DNA of 64,000 nucleotides from Octopus sinensis (lineage: Eukaryota): positions 106,578,001-106,642,000 of the forward strand of contig NC_043005.1 in assembly GCF_006345805.1 (NCBI RefSeq), written 5' to 3'. The translations under genes and the position numbers were made by a program. The notes under the pieces are model-generated. The model saw only the letters and a list, made by a program, of their open reading frames with translations, did no database searches and was not told where the DNA came from. Shown here in pieces: positions 51,570 through 64,000 of this stretch (position 1 is the first letter of the stretch; each line of letters begins with the position of its first letter).

Positions 51570-51912
51570 AGAAATTGCTGTTGTTGTTGCTGTTGCTGTT
51601 AAGCGAACGGTCTTCGTCCGAGAGCTCGCAGGATGGGAGAAGTCCGAAACGTGGTCCTTTGCTATTCATAAGACCGGCAGAAAAGAAAAGCAGGTCAATC
51701 CACGACACCGAGAGCATCGACGGATGGATGAATGCGCATTCAGGTTCAGCAGTTGCGTAGGAAGTCGGGGATAAGAAACAGGAAGGAAGAGTGAGAGAAA
51801 GTTGGAGCGAAAGAGTACACCAGAGGTCGCCACCACCCCCTGCCGGAGCCTCGTGGAGCTTTAGGTGTTTTCGCTCAATAAACACACACAACGCCATCGA
51901 AACCGCGAGTCC
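51570..51912 (-). mobile_element. SINE sharing its 5' region with the V-like SINE but with a different 3' half
   Basis: About 51780-51905 matches about 34205-34335; 51600-51780 does not; (CAA/CAG)n tail. Confidence 0.65.
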
Positions 51913-52084
51913 ACTGCTGTTGTTGTTTAGCCCTAGGTGTTGTGTCTGTTGTGCAGAACTATATTCAAAGGTATTCTGCTATGGCCATTCCATTTTTGCC
52001 TTCTGCGTTGTAGCATATGTCTACATAATCCATTCTCTTCCTCCCAACTCAACATGGTAGATGAGTATTATTGGAAAGAACTAT

Positions 52085-52240
52085 AGTGGCTAATTCTTGC
52101 AGATGAAAGGATTTGAACCCAGTTCAAATCCTGATAAGGTCAAGTTTGTCTTTCGTGGTCGATGAAATAAAGTACCAAATAATCTGCGATGTCTTTCCTC
52201 TGAAGACCCGGAGTTTTGTGTCTATTTAGGAAATCAAGGT
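52085..52240 (+). mobile_element. Decayed family M-related SINE
   Basis: AGTTCAAATCC..GGTCGATGAAATAAAGTACC. Confidence 0.5.
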
Positions 52241-52264
52241 TAGACATCATTAAACATACATAAT

Positions 52265-53015
<751 letters not shown>

Positions 53016-53269
53016 TATGTGAGTTTGTGTGCACTCGTTCTTGTGTGATAATATTGGTAGAGAGCTGGATATATAATCGAAAAGAGCTATTCACTTTTAC
53101 TTGTCTATAAAGTGTGTGTGTTGTGTATTATTATGGTGGTGCGAAGTGCAATTAAACGAAATAAAGTACTCAATACCTTTATATAGACTGGAGTGATGTT
53201 TATTTAAATCAGAGCATGATTCTGTCGTTCTCGGAATTTTGTGTCCCCGATCCTCAGGCGACTATTTTC

Positions 53270-53990
53270 ATAGTGAATGTAGCTTTCTTATGTACACAGG
53301 AATCAGTAGATATAGCTTAGGCCACTCCAGAAAACAAGATGGTGAGAACGATTGGTTCCACGTAGAACTCGTAACAACATGTAGACAAAAATCATCTCGT
53401 AAAATTTCATGACAATGTATAGGAATTTCTGAAGAACAACATCTGTGGCTAAGGAGAACCTCGATAGAAATATTCTTTAACGAACTTACTTATTAAAATA
53501 CTAGGGAGAGTTGTATGTCGGAGACTATATTCTGGATTAACAACATCAACAATTGGACAGTTCACAACATTACGAACTTGCTACGCATGACAGGGAACAG
53601 AGACTGGTGACACCGGCTGACTACGAAAGCGTCTTGTGTGGCATCTCAACGACTGTCTGCATCTGCTAAGGGATCTTGGAGATGATGATAGGATAAATAT
53701 GAACACATGTGTAAATTAGTGATAGACAGAGGGATGTTTAGAGAATATGTAAATAAATATCGATAGTTTATAATTTATAAAAATCATCTCGTAAAATTTT
53801 ATGACAATTTATAGGAATTTCTGAAGAATAACATCTGCGGCCAGGAGAACCCCGATAGAAATATTCTTTAACGAATTTACTTGTAAAAATACTATGGAGA
53901 GTTGTATGTCGGAGACTATATTCTGGTTTAACAACACCAACATTTGGACAGTTCATAACACTGCGAACTTGCTACGCCTGACAGTGAAAG
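53270..53990 (+). mobile_element. RTE 3' fragment with an internal duplication of about 207 bp
   Basis: Direct repeats 53387-53593 and 53779-53984; remnants like 'WINNINNWT..ELLRMTGNRDW' and a (GAT)n tail at about 53680. Confidence 0.7.
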
Positions 53991-53997
53991 CGTCTAG

Positions 53998-54178
53998 AGC
54001 AGAAGGCCTGAAATTTTGAGAGAGGGGTCTAGTCGATTACATCGATCCCAGCACACAACTGGTACTTAATTTATCGACCCCGAAAGGATGAAAAAAAAAG
54101 TCACTCTCGACGGAATTTGAACTCAGGACGTAGCAACAGGCAAAATGCCGCTAAGCATTTCGTCCAGCTCACTGCCTT
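53998..54178 (-). mobile_element. Family M-related SINE with an alternative tail
   Basis: GTCGATTACATCGATCCCAG..ATTTATCGACCCCGAAAGGATG..GGAATTTGAACTC. Confidence 0.8.
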
Positions 54179-54197
54179 ACAAAAGAGAGAGAAAAAA

Positions 54198-54590
54198 GCA
54201 GGAGTGGCTGTGTGGTAAGTAGCTTGCTAACCAACCACATGGTTCTGGGTTCAGTCTCACTGCGTGGCATCTTGGGCAAGTGTCTTCTGCTATAGCCCCG
54301 GGCCGACCAAAGCCTTGTGAGTGGATTTGGTAGACGGAAACTGAAAGAAGCCTGTCGTATATATGTATATATATATGTGTGTGTGTTTGTGTCTGTGTTT
54401 GTCCCCCTAGCATTGCTTGACAACCGATGCTGGTGTGTTTACGTCCCCGTCACTTAGCGGTTTGGCAAAGGAGACCGATAGAATGAGTACTGGGCTTACA
54501 AAGAATAAGTCCCGGGGTCGATTTGCTCGACTAAAGGCGGTGCTCCAGCATGGCCGCAGTCAAATGACTGAAACAAGTAAAAGAGTAAAA
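54198..54590 (+). mobile_element. OR-type SINE, full length
   Basis: Near-identical to 7106-7513. Confidence 0.92.
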
Positions 54591-55882
54591 TACTGATTAT
54601 GATGATTTATAACGACCACACGGTCTTTTATATTCGGGGGGGGGATACTTCAATCAGCTATATCGACACCAGGAGGTATATTGAACTCGGAAGCATAAAT
54701 ATAAGATCCACTTCTGTGGGATTTGAACTCACAATGTAAAAAGGACGGAGAGGGAATACTTTCTAGCGCTGTCAGCCGAGTTATCAGCCTTGATTAATTC
54801 CCCCCCCCCCCCCACTGTCCACCATGATGTGTAAACAGCGAATACTTCTACTTCAAATATCACGTTTAAAACAAACCTACAAACAGTATGTATATACAAT
54901 AATAATAAAAAAGTCATACAGAACACGGTGGCAGTGACAGTTACCATAGAAACAATTATTGATACAAGGACTAGCGATAAAAATATAAAATAATGTAAAA
55001 TTACTGTTACTATGACTACAATGCGTTACCTATGTAACGATATAAGAACTATATCTGTGATAACGGCAATTAATTTATCTGACTGACAGCAACACATGAT
55101 AACACCTAAGATGATAAGGAGAACAGTGGCGCCACCATTGACAAATTGCCATCGTCATTAAAACCACATCATATCATGCGATGAAACGATCAAATCACAT
55201 GCATCAAACAAACACACATAATACTAAATTAACAATAAATTTAATTAACTCACCCACGTTTCTTTCTATATTTTTTTCTATTTATTTCTTGCTTTATATG
55301 CTAAGCACTCGGTGCAGTTCAACATTTACATTTTCTTTTAGACTTTACCATAAATTTACATACACACACACACTCTAAAAAGGCACAAGCAAACATATTC
55401 ACACATATACACACATATTCAAATATGCTATACACACACACACACATATATATGTGACCAAGTTTAGCTCCGGTTGAAAATGACGGGGATCTACTCCTGT
55501 CATTTTTCATTTTATTTTATTTTTATTTTTACCTCGTGTCTTGTTCTTATTTTGCAACACTTCTCAGTTCACATCAAGCTTGGTGTTTTCCAGTGATTCT
55601 TTTTTCTCGTCCCGCAGTTCGAAGTCTGCAACAGAGCATTTATAGTTCTGCGTGACTCCCAGTTACCTTACATATTCAGATTGTTACCTTATCACCCCGC
55701 TCTTTCTTCTCTTACTCTCTTTCATTATTCTCACTGTCTCACTCACATGTGTCATTATGTTTACTTTCCTCTCCTCTATCAACATAGTTTCTTCGCGTGT
55801 ATGCGGGTATATTGTGTGTGTGTGAGAGTGTATGTGTGTGCATGTGTGTGTATACACCCCCACATATATATATATATATATA

Positions 55883-56570
55883 GGGAGAATTCACAAAAAA
55901 ACAAACAAAAGACGAAGACAGGTGGTATAGACAACAAACAGATGTATTAGTTTAACGCTCGGGAAATGAAAAAGTCTTTAACGTTTCGAACCTACGCTCT
56001 TACACAGAGGGGAACACAGAAAGAAACAAGGAAAGGAAATAAAGAATGTGTAGTGGCTAGCAATCGATCATGGCGAATACCGGACAGAAGGGTCACACAG
56101 AAGTGCTAGGAAGAAGGGGAGATAATAAAGTAGTGGTGATCCCAAAACGAAGGTGCACGTGCGCGTGTATAAGAGAATTTGTATGTGCGTGTGGAAGAGG
56201 GCTGGTGACCTTGACGTGTGCGTGTGTGTATGTGTAAGTGTGAAGATGTGGGGCTGGGAAGTGGTCAGTGCTAGTGTGTGCGTGGTGGTTTGATGTGATG
56301 TGTGGTATGGTGGTGTATGGTGTGTTGTGATGGTGTTGGGAGTTAGAGGAGGTGAGAGTGGGGTGTGGGTTAGGCTGAGGGTGGGGTATGTGGGTAGGCA
56401 GAGGGTAGGGTAGAGGTGGGGTATGTGGAAGGGTGTGTAAGGGATGGGGTGGGTGGTATGGGAAGGATAGAAAAGGTGGGGTTGGAATGTGTAGTAGTGG
56501 TGTGGGGTTACGTGGGAGGGGTGACGATAAAGGGGGAAGAAGTAGGTGGGTAGAAGTGAAGGCACGTGTG
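55883..56570 (-). mobile_element. Family A element, long copy 5
   Basis: Starts at (TA)n; homologous to 21404-21829 and extends further into a GT/G-rich tract. Confidence 0.85.
55975..56012 (-). ncRNA. Degenerate hammerhead-like motif (family A copy 5)
   Basis: Minus strand CTGTGTA-A-GAGC-GTAG-GTTC-GAAA-CG-TT-AAAGA; G8 changed to T. Confidence 0.4.
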
Positions 56571-56789
56571 TGTTAGTTGTAGAAAGAGAGAGAGAGATTG
56601 AAACAGAAATGTTTCAACGTTATACTTACCTGCTCAAGAGGAAGCGACTTCTAGCTGCTTTAGAAAGGCAATACAAAATCACATGTTCAACAGCAATTCA
56701 AGCCGGAATTTTAGTTGGTTACCAAATTGAGCATTCAGAGTGCATACCTATTAGTTTTAATCACCCTGACGAAAACTAATCGTATGAAA

Positions 56790-56820
<31 letters not shown>

Positions 56821-56855
56821 ATATATATAGAAGATATATATAGATATATATATAT

Positions 56856-57083
56856 ATTTACTTTTAACTACCAACAAGGGCTAAACAAAGAGAGGACAAA
56901 CAAAGGCAGACAACGGATTAAGTCGATTACATCGACCCCAGTGCGTAACTGGCACTTAATTTATCGACCCCGAAATGATGAAAGGCAGAGTCGACCTCGG
57001 CGGAATTTGAACTCAGAACGTAACGGCAGACGAAATACGGGTACGCATTTCGCCCGGCGTGGTAACATTTCTGCCAGCTCGCC
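56856..57083 (-). mobile_element. Family M SINE, full length, in (TA)n
   Basis: Homology to 16069-16301. Confidence 0.9.
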
Positions 57084-57130
57084 TTATATATAATATATAT
57101 ATATATATTATATATATATATATATAATCT

Positions 57131-57228
<98 letters not shown>

Positions 57229-57428
57229 CATATATATACATATATATATATACATATATCATATAATATATACCATATATACATATATATATATATATAT
57301 AATATATAATATATATATATATATATTATACATATATATATATATATATATCTATATATCTATATATATCTACATACGCATATATGTGTAAGAGTATTCA
57401 TGTATATACAGATAGATAGATATGCAGC

Positions 57429-57460
<32 letters not shown>

Positions 57461-57759
57461 GAAGAGAGAGAGAGAGAGGAGAGAAGAGAGAGAGAAGGAG
57501 AGAGAGAGAGAAGAGAGAAGAGGAGCAGTGCGACTAGAAACCTAGTTCCTATGGTAGACAGATAAACAGATCTAGAAAGACAGCAATCTGGATAGAACGA
57601 TAAAATGTTTCTGGAGCAAGAATAGATCAAAACATTTATCCTTTCAAGTAATTTCAATTAACTGGTTTCTTTCTCCCATCCCAAACCAGTTCCGCTCCAC
57701 TTCACCGTCACTGCCTAACAATTCTCCCCCACCTCCCTTTTCTTTCTCCGCCGTTACTA

Positions 57760-58330
57760 TTACAAACAACACCACCATCTTCTCCATTGCTGTTTCTAAC
57801 AATAGATCACCACAAACGTCACTGCAACAATTAATACCACCACCATCACCACCACAACCACCACATCTCAAACTACTGCTATTACTACTACTACTACTAC
57901 TAACACCTCCACCGACATCATTAGGCCTACTAACACCACCTCCATGACCGCCGTCACCAACACCACTATCCCATTCTCCACCACCGCCACCACCACCACC
58001 GTTACTACTACTACTACTACCACCACCATTACTACTACTACTACTACTACTACTACTAGTAACATCTCCACCGATACCATTAGGCCTACTAACACCACCT
58101 CCACGGCTGCCGTCACCAACACCACTACCACATTCACCACCATTCACCACCACCACTGTTACCATCACCCCCACCACGATTTCTGTAAACAACACCACTA
58201 TCTTCATCGCTCCCTCTAACTGCACAGTAGCACTACAACTACCGCAACCACCGTAACTCCATCAACAGCACAACCACCATCACCACCATCATCACTACTA
58301 AATCCATCTTTCTCATTATTTCTTGCTCAC
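57760..58330 (+). repeat. (CAC)n/(TAC)n tract with an internal duplication of about 140 bp
   Basis: 'AACA.CTCCACCGA.A.CATTAGGCCTACTAACACCACCTCCA' occurs at about 57902 and 58041. Confidence 0.85.
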
Positions 58331-58987
58331 CATCATCCCAATCCCATCGTCAACAACTACCGCAAATACTACAACAATAATACTAGGAGCATCACAGCTA
58401 CCAACATCACTCCTCATGTCCCTTTCTGACCCATTCTCTTACCGACTCTCTCACAAATCTCTCTATTTAATTAGAGGATATGTTAACCTCGTGAAGAGCT
58501 GGTTGCAGCCAATACTGGTTCAATACCTAGTATTCGGGGTGAATGAAATTCCCTTGAAGCAATAGGTATATATTTAGCTAATAGGTTATATCCATTAAAA
58601 GAAGAGAAGATGGAGGTAAGGAATTTCATAATTGCTTATTATTAACAAATTGGTCATCCTCGCATCTTACAGCTGTTTCAATTAATACTCAATAATTTAA
58701 TTACAAATTTGCTCATTAAATTTCCATTTATGTGACATGAATATAATTTCATCAGAGAGAAAAAAACACTTACGTACCTTTGGATGTTATATGTGAACCT
58801 ATCAACTAAAACGGCTCTAAGAAGTGACCAATTTGTTAATAATAAACAATTATCAACTCCCTTTTCTCTACTTTCTTTTCTTCTTTTTAATAAATAAATA
58901 AATATATATATATACACAACATATATATGTAAATATGTATATATATATATCTTTATTTATATGTCTGTATGTATATATATATATATA

Positions 58988-59535
58988 TATGCGAATATAA
59001 ACAAGAAGGGTAGTAATATTATTTACTACCAGGTGCCCAGCACAAAAGACGAATTAGTCATAAGACAAAAATATTATTCATATAGAAAAATATTATTCAT
59101 GTAGTTATACAATTAAGGGCTCCTAAATAAAGATGCCGAGTGCTGGGAACACAAAAAGGGGATGAATTTATCGAGAGTGAAAATCAAAAACGTTTACCGA
59201 TAACTTTAACAACTCGTACCGCGGTTTCTGCTTCTTTCTAGCAAAACACAGAATATGTTTGCTAAGGCCAGCTTCATCAGCGAGTCGCCTGAATTTAATC
59301 GAGGTCTGCAGCGATGTGGGACTATATGTTACACCCGACTACTAGCAGATCTTAACTTTTCAAATCTCTGCGCAGACGCAAAATTTACACGGGCATGCCG
59401 GGAAGAATTTTACGAATAAATTCATCATGTAGTATGCGAATATAAACAAGAAGGGTAGTAATATTATTTACTACCAGGTGCTCTTTTTGTGTTCCCAGCA
59501 CTCGGCATCTTTATTTAGGAGCCCTTAATTGTATA
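58988..59535 (-). mobile_element. TA-flanked non-coding element with direct and inverted terminal modules and a degenerate hammerhead
   Basis: Direct repeat of about 50 bp at about 58988 and 59433; inverted repeat of about 53 bp (59106-59158 and 59483-59535); minus-strand CTGATGA-A-GCTG-GCCT-TAGC-AAAC-ATAT-TC at 59280-59251. Confidence 0.7.
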
Positions 59536-59656
59536 TATATATATTATATATATATATATATATATACTTTGATACTTTGATACTTTGATAGGTTTCGGCC
59601 ATTATTGGCCCAGGCCATGTCTAACTTAATAGCACCACCTGGTGAAGTCTTTCAAG

Positions 59657-62600
59657 TCAGAATTTGGGCACTATGGCCCACTCAAGTAGAGAGTTATTGT
59701 TTACAGAGACATATCCGGGTGTAGGGGATTTATCCGGGATTTCTTGAAGGAATCTGTCCAAAGACTTCTTGAACCCTATAGGGTCAGTTTCTGTTTTAAT
59801 GTGTTTTGGTGTAATGTTAAAGAGAGCGGGGCCAATGAGGTGAAATAATTGTGCCGTATTGTTGTTATGAGATGAGAGTGCGATTTTTGTTTTGGGCGGA
59901 TGGCACGGGGCCCAAGCCTTGGATGTACCTTAAAGGTGATGCCAACATCATTTGGGCAATGCTGATGGAATATTTTCCACATCATGCAGATGATGTAGCG
60001 CTCACGACGACGTTGAGAGAATAGAGTTTTAGCTTTTCTAGTCGACCCCAATAGTCGAGGCCTGTCATGCCATCTATCTTTTTGTGATTGCCCTTTGAGG
60101 TGCTTCAACTTTTATGATACCTTGTTGTGTGGGGAGACCACAGTGGACAACAGTATTCAAGGTGGGGTCGGGCAAAAGTGGAGAAGAGAAGGATAATGGT
60201 GTGGATATCTCTCGACTGGAAAGTTCTGAGAATCCAGGAACACATTCTGCGGGCCATGTCAACTTTGGTGTTTATATGAGTGGCTCAGCTTACGTTGTTG
60301 TCCACAATTACTCCCAAGTCTCTGATGACGCCGCGAGAGTTTCACCTGAAGGAAGGGAGTATGGGAGTTTCAGGGCATCCTCTTTTCCAAAGTGGATTAG
60401 CTCAAATTTATCCTCGTTCAGCAGCATATTGTTTTTTTCTGCCCATTGGATAACAGCCAGTAGATCTGACTGAAGGCATGTCCGGTCACTCGCCTCATTT
60501 ATGACCTTCTGTAGCTTGGAGTCATCAGCAAAGATTTTATGTTGCTGTGCTTGATGATGTCATTAATGTCATTAATGTAAATGATGAAAAGAAGTGGGCC
60601 CAGCACAGTGCCTGCGGAACGCCACTACTGACATTGGCTGGGCTTGATTTTACCCCTTCAACTACAACATGTTGAGATCTGTCTGTCAGGAAACACTTAA
60701 TCCATTTCAGTAACTTTCCAGAGACACCAATGTTGGATAGTTTTTTCAATAGGATCTTGTGATCGACCCTGTCGAAGGCCTTACTGAAATCAAGGTAGAT
60801 GACATCGGTGTTGGAGCCCTCTCCCAAAGCTCTCAAAATGTCCTCAAAGTGATGCAGGAGCTGCGTTAGGCAGTCCCTTCCATTACGGAACCCATGTTGG
60901 TTGGAGATCAGCCGTCTGTTGCTTTCCAGAAATTGGGTTATTCGAGATCTCACCACCCTCTCAAATACCTTGATGATATGAGAGGTGAGTGAGATCGGAC
61001 GGTAATTCACTGCAGGGACTTGTTTCCCTTTTTGAAAACTGGGACAACAGACTGGGACAGAAGGTTTTTTGGAATATAGCCAGCATCCAGTGAGTTTCTC
61101 CACAGATTAGCAAGGGGAGATGCAAGTTGGTGTCGACACACCTTCAGGACACAAGCAGGGAACCTATCGGGGCCTACTGCTGAATTGTGTTTTATTTCGT
61201 TTATCGCCGCTAAGACATCAGGGGCACTAAACGTTATGTCCGATATAGTGTGTTGGGGGTTGACATCACTGATACAGCCCAGATCGGCCATATCAGGATT
61301 GCTGAAAACAGAGCAGTATTGTTTCTGCAGTATCTCGGCCATGGATTTGGCATTATCTTGGAGAGTGCCAGTTTCGTCAATTAGAGGGCCTACAGTGGAG
61401 ACAGTGACCCTGCGTTTCCTCGCAAATGAAAAGAACACTTTGGGGTTGAGTTTGATTTTTCAATGGCCCACTTCTCCTCAGCTGATCTTTGGTTATTGAT
61501 GAGGGTCTTCATGCATTGTTGGAGGTTATATTTTTTGGATTCAAGCAGTGCGATAGCCGTCGAATGTGTGTGTTGCTGTTGGCAGTACTTTAGTTTGTTA
61601 ATTTTTTTGTTTTTGTTCTTTTTATTTTTCTGATAATGGTTTTTCTGTTTTGGGGGATTCTGCACTTTTTGTCACAGGTCTTGGTGGGGAGTGTTTTGCA
61701 CATATGTCTGTGACGGTGTCTACAAAGATCTGCCAAGATGTTTTATGGTTGGTGGAGATGTGTGTATGTGTAAAGGACCAGTCAACATTTGATAGCTCGT
61801 TCCTGATTGCATCCCAGTTGGCTTTATGGAGATCCATGTTGTCAAATGGGTGGGCTGGAGGAAGGTCACTAGGATTAGCTTTCGGCTGGTGGAATTTCAT
61901 GTTACAGAGAACCATGTCATGGTCTGAAAGAAGGGTTTTTTTCCACTGTAACGTTATGTATAGTGTTAGTGTGGTTACTAAACACTAGGTCCAAAATGTT
62001 CTGATGTCTTGTTGGTGCAAGGACAAGTTGGGACAAGAAAAACTCATTCGTAAAGTCGAAAAGTGACTCTGCTGCTTCTTTGTCAGCGGTTGAGGCGGGA
62101 GTGCTTGGTTTCAAACAGTTTGTAGTCCAGTCAACACAGGGTAGATTGAAGTCTCCCATCATGAGTATGTTGCTAGAATGGCACTGTTGAATAAAGCACT
62201 TAATGCTGTTGAGGCATTCTTTAAAGCACAGTATGGGTGTTTGGGGCGGCCTATAGAGCCCAATTACTGTCAGGTCATTGGCTTTGTTGTGCACGGTGAC
62301 TGATTCACAGTAGCCGTTGGAGAATATACTATTTCCATCTGCCGTAAATGAATCATGCAGGAAAATGGCAGTTCCACCCTTCCTCCTGCCGATACGATCC
62401 GCGCGGATGGTTGTGAAATTCTTCACTCTCACTTCGGCTTCCAAGTGGGAGTTGTCAAGGTGGGTCTCAGTGAGAATGAAGAAAGGGATGTGGTGTGAAT
62501 GGTTACCAACCCAGTCTTCAATGAATTGGACCTTCCATTTTTGTGCATTGATGGAAGGGCTGACACCTTGTGCATTGAGTAGGAATGTGGAGGTTAGTGT

Positions 62601-62678
62601 AGTGGCTGGTTTTGACTGTTGCAGGGGGCTTGGATTTTTTGTGTGTGTTAGTGGCAGCAATGTGGGGAATTGGTGCAC
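59657..62678 (-). pseudogene. LINE ORF2 (APE endonuclease plus reverse transcriptase), frameshifted
   Basis: APE 'LLNAQG..ILTETHL..RADR..KGGTAIF..MGDFNLP..NILDLVF'; RT 'YRPISLTSHIIKVFER', 'QHGFR', 'YLDFSKAFDRVDH', 'SGVPQ', 'IYINDI..KIFADDSKL'; ends 'NNNSLLEWAIVPKF*' at 59657. Confidence 0.93.
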
Positions 62679-62959
62679 TGGGGTAATAGCATAGGATGGT
62701 GTTGAGTGATGGCTAGAATGTTTTTGTGTATCTCTTTTGCCATGTTCAACATGGCTAAAAAAGAATTTTCCTGCTTAGGGAGCAGTTTTTGGCTGGAGGT
62801 GTGGTTGCACTGTTGGATAGGGTTGTAGTTTCCACTTTTGTTGTTGTTGTTTTTGTGTCTTCCTGAAAAGACTGGACCAGCATTACTGCAGCATGGTGTG
62901 TTTCTATTTTTATTGTTATTCAGGTTTGTGTGTTGGCTTGAGGCCCCGTTTCTGTTTGT

Positions 62960-63866
62960 GCGTCGGGTCCCTGGAAGATGAGTGAAGGGACAGTCACTCA
63001 GTAGACATGTTCTCTCACGTTGGAATACCGGCAGATTTTGGGACTCCGAGTTGTGTGTGTGTTTTGAATTTCGATTTACTATTTGGTGGTGTTGATGTTA
63101 TTGTGGGATGCGTGCTTTGCCTTGGCCGGTAGTGCGTCTAGTGCGGGTAGATGCGTGAAGATGCAGTCACTATTTGTGCAGAGTCTCTGGCGCAGTGAAT
63201 AGCGGCATATTTGGGGATTTCTTGTTTGAGCCGTGGGGGGCGCATTCTGCTTCCTATGTTTCTTTAAGTTTTTGTTACTGCAGTAGTATTGAGGTGGTGA
63301 TGTGGGGGAAGAGGGCAGTGGTTTCTTATTTGGTTTTCTGTTGGTATTTTTGGTGATAGAAGACGATGGTGGCAGCGGTGGTGATGATGATGATGATGAT
63401 AATTGTGGTGGTTGCTGTGAGAGCGGTGAAAAGATACTGGCATTTAGTGAATCGTCTAGTAAGCTAGAGTTGAGGAGTGGCTGTTGTTCTTGTTGCTGTG
63501 GCTGTTGTTGTTGTTGTTGTGCCTGACCGATGTCAGGGTCAGCCATTGTGCTGGGAACCAGGAGTGGCTCATTCTGTTGTTGTGGCTGCTGATTTTCTAG
63601 CTGTTGTTGTTCTTGAACTGTGAAAATATGTAGAAGCTTTTCATAATGGCCTCTTATCAGTTTGAAAGATACTTCGATATGTTTCAACTTGCTACGAATC
63701 TGTTTGACGGATCGTGTGTTGACCACTTGTGATGTTTTTTCGGCAATCTCATTCAAACACAAGACATTAGATTTTCTGTTTGGGAAAGAGAGAGCCATGT
63801 GTTTATTAAAACATCAATTTCGTTATCAGACCAATTTCGTCTGTTGCAGGCCTGCAAGTTAGTCAT
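62960..63866 (-). pseudogene. LINE ORF1 with Myb/SANT-like N-terminus, Q/S/P-rich linker and two CCCH zinc fingers
   Basis: ATG at 63866 gives 'RRNWSDNEIDVLINTW', then a frameshift into 'NEIAEK..TRSVKQIRSKLKHIEVSFK'; 'CRYSLRQRLCTNSDCIFTH' and, downstream with a stop and an indel, 'CRYSNVRE-CLLSDCPFTH'. The 3' end is uncertain. Confidence 0.7.
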
Positions 63867-64000
63867 GTTTGTTTTTCTTTTGTTTGTTTTCCTTTTGATT
63901 TTTGAAAATATATATATTCTTTCTTGGGAGTTAAAGAAGTGTATATATATATAAATGTTCTCTCTTAAGGGTGTGAGTTTTTGATTATTTGGTTGTTTGA

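Larger units (their letters stand above)
59565..64000 (-). mobile_element. Near-full-length CR1-group LINE (5' end may lie beyond the window)
   Basis: ORF1 plus APE-RT ORF2; 3' tail (TATCAAAG)x3 at 59565-59588 abutting (TA)n. Confidence 0.93.

Noticed and set aside
56760-56790. CTGACGA..GAAA next to (TA)n
   Set aside because: No stem II pairing, and the sequence runs into the microsatellite with no stem III or cleavage triplet.
59588-59625. GGCC..GGCC-GAAAC in the LINE 3' UTR as a hammerhead
   Set aside because: No CTGANGA precedes the stem.

Overview
AT-rich, microsatellite-saturated animal DNA, almost certainly intergenic or intronic. The SINE families and the dense (TA)n/(CA)n/(ATT)n/(AGAT)n tracts point to an octopod cephalopod (inference, no database search run). 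I find no credible host protein-coding exon; nearly all listed ORFs are microsatellite artefacts or transposon remnants. Supported features: a near-full-length CR1-group LINE on the minus strand (about 59565-64000; ORF1 with a Myb/SANT-like motif and two CCCH fingers, frameshifted APE-RT ORF2); a full-length but dead IR/DR-type Tc1 transposon (24236-25866); a decayed near-full-length RTE LINE and several RTE 3' ends; Penelope-like (PLE) RT/GIY-YIG remnants; an R4/Dong-type fragment in a (TAA)n tract; a HERO/NeSL-like fragment; at least three tRNA-derived SINE families; a piggyBac-like MITE; and a Helitron/HINE-like element. The most interesting signal is a set of short non-coding elements next to (TA)n/(TAA)n tracts that carry type I hammerhead-ribozyme motifs of at least three or four sequence families. 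These include a complete canonical motif at 3935-4040, a five-copy family with a conserved CUGUNGA (A6U) core variant, and a tRNA-headed SINE-like element whose tail carries a hammerhead. Several show the inverted or tandem terminal arrangement typical of PLE insertion. All alignments and folds were done by eye; coordinates may be off by a few bases and element boundaries by more.
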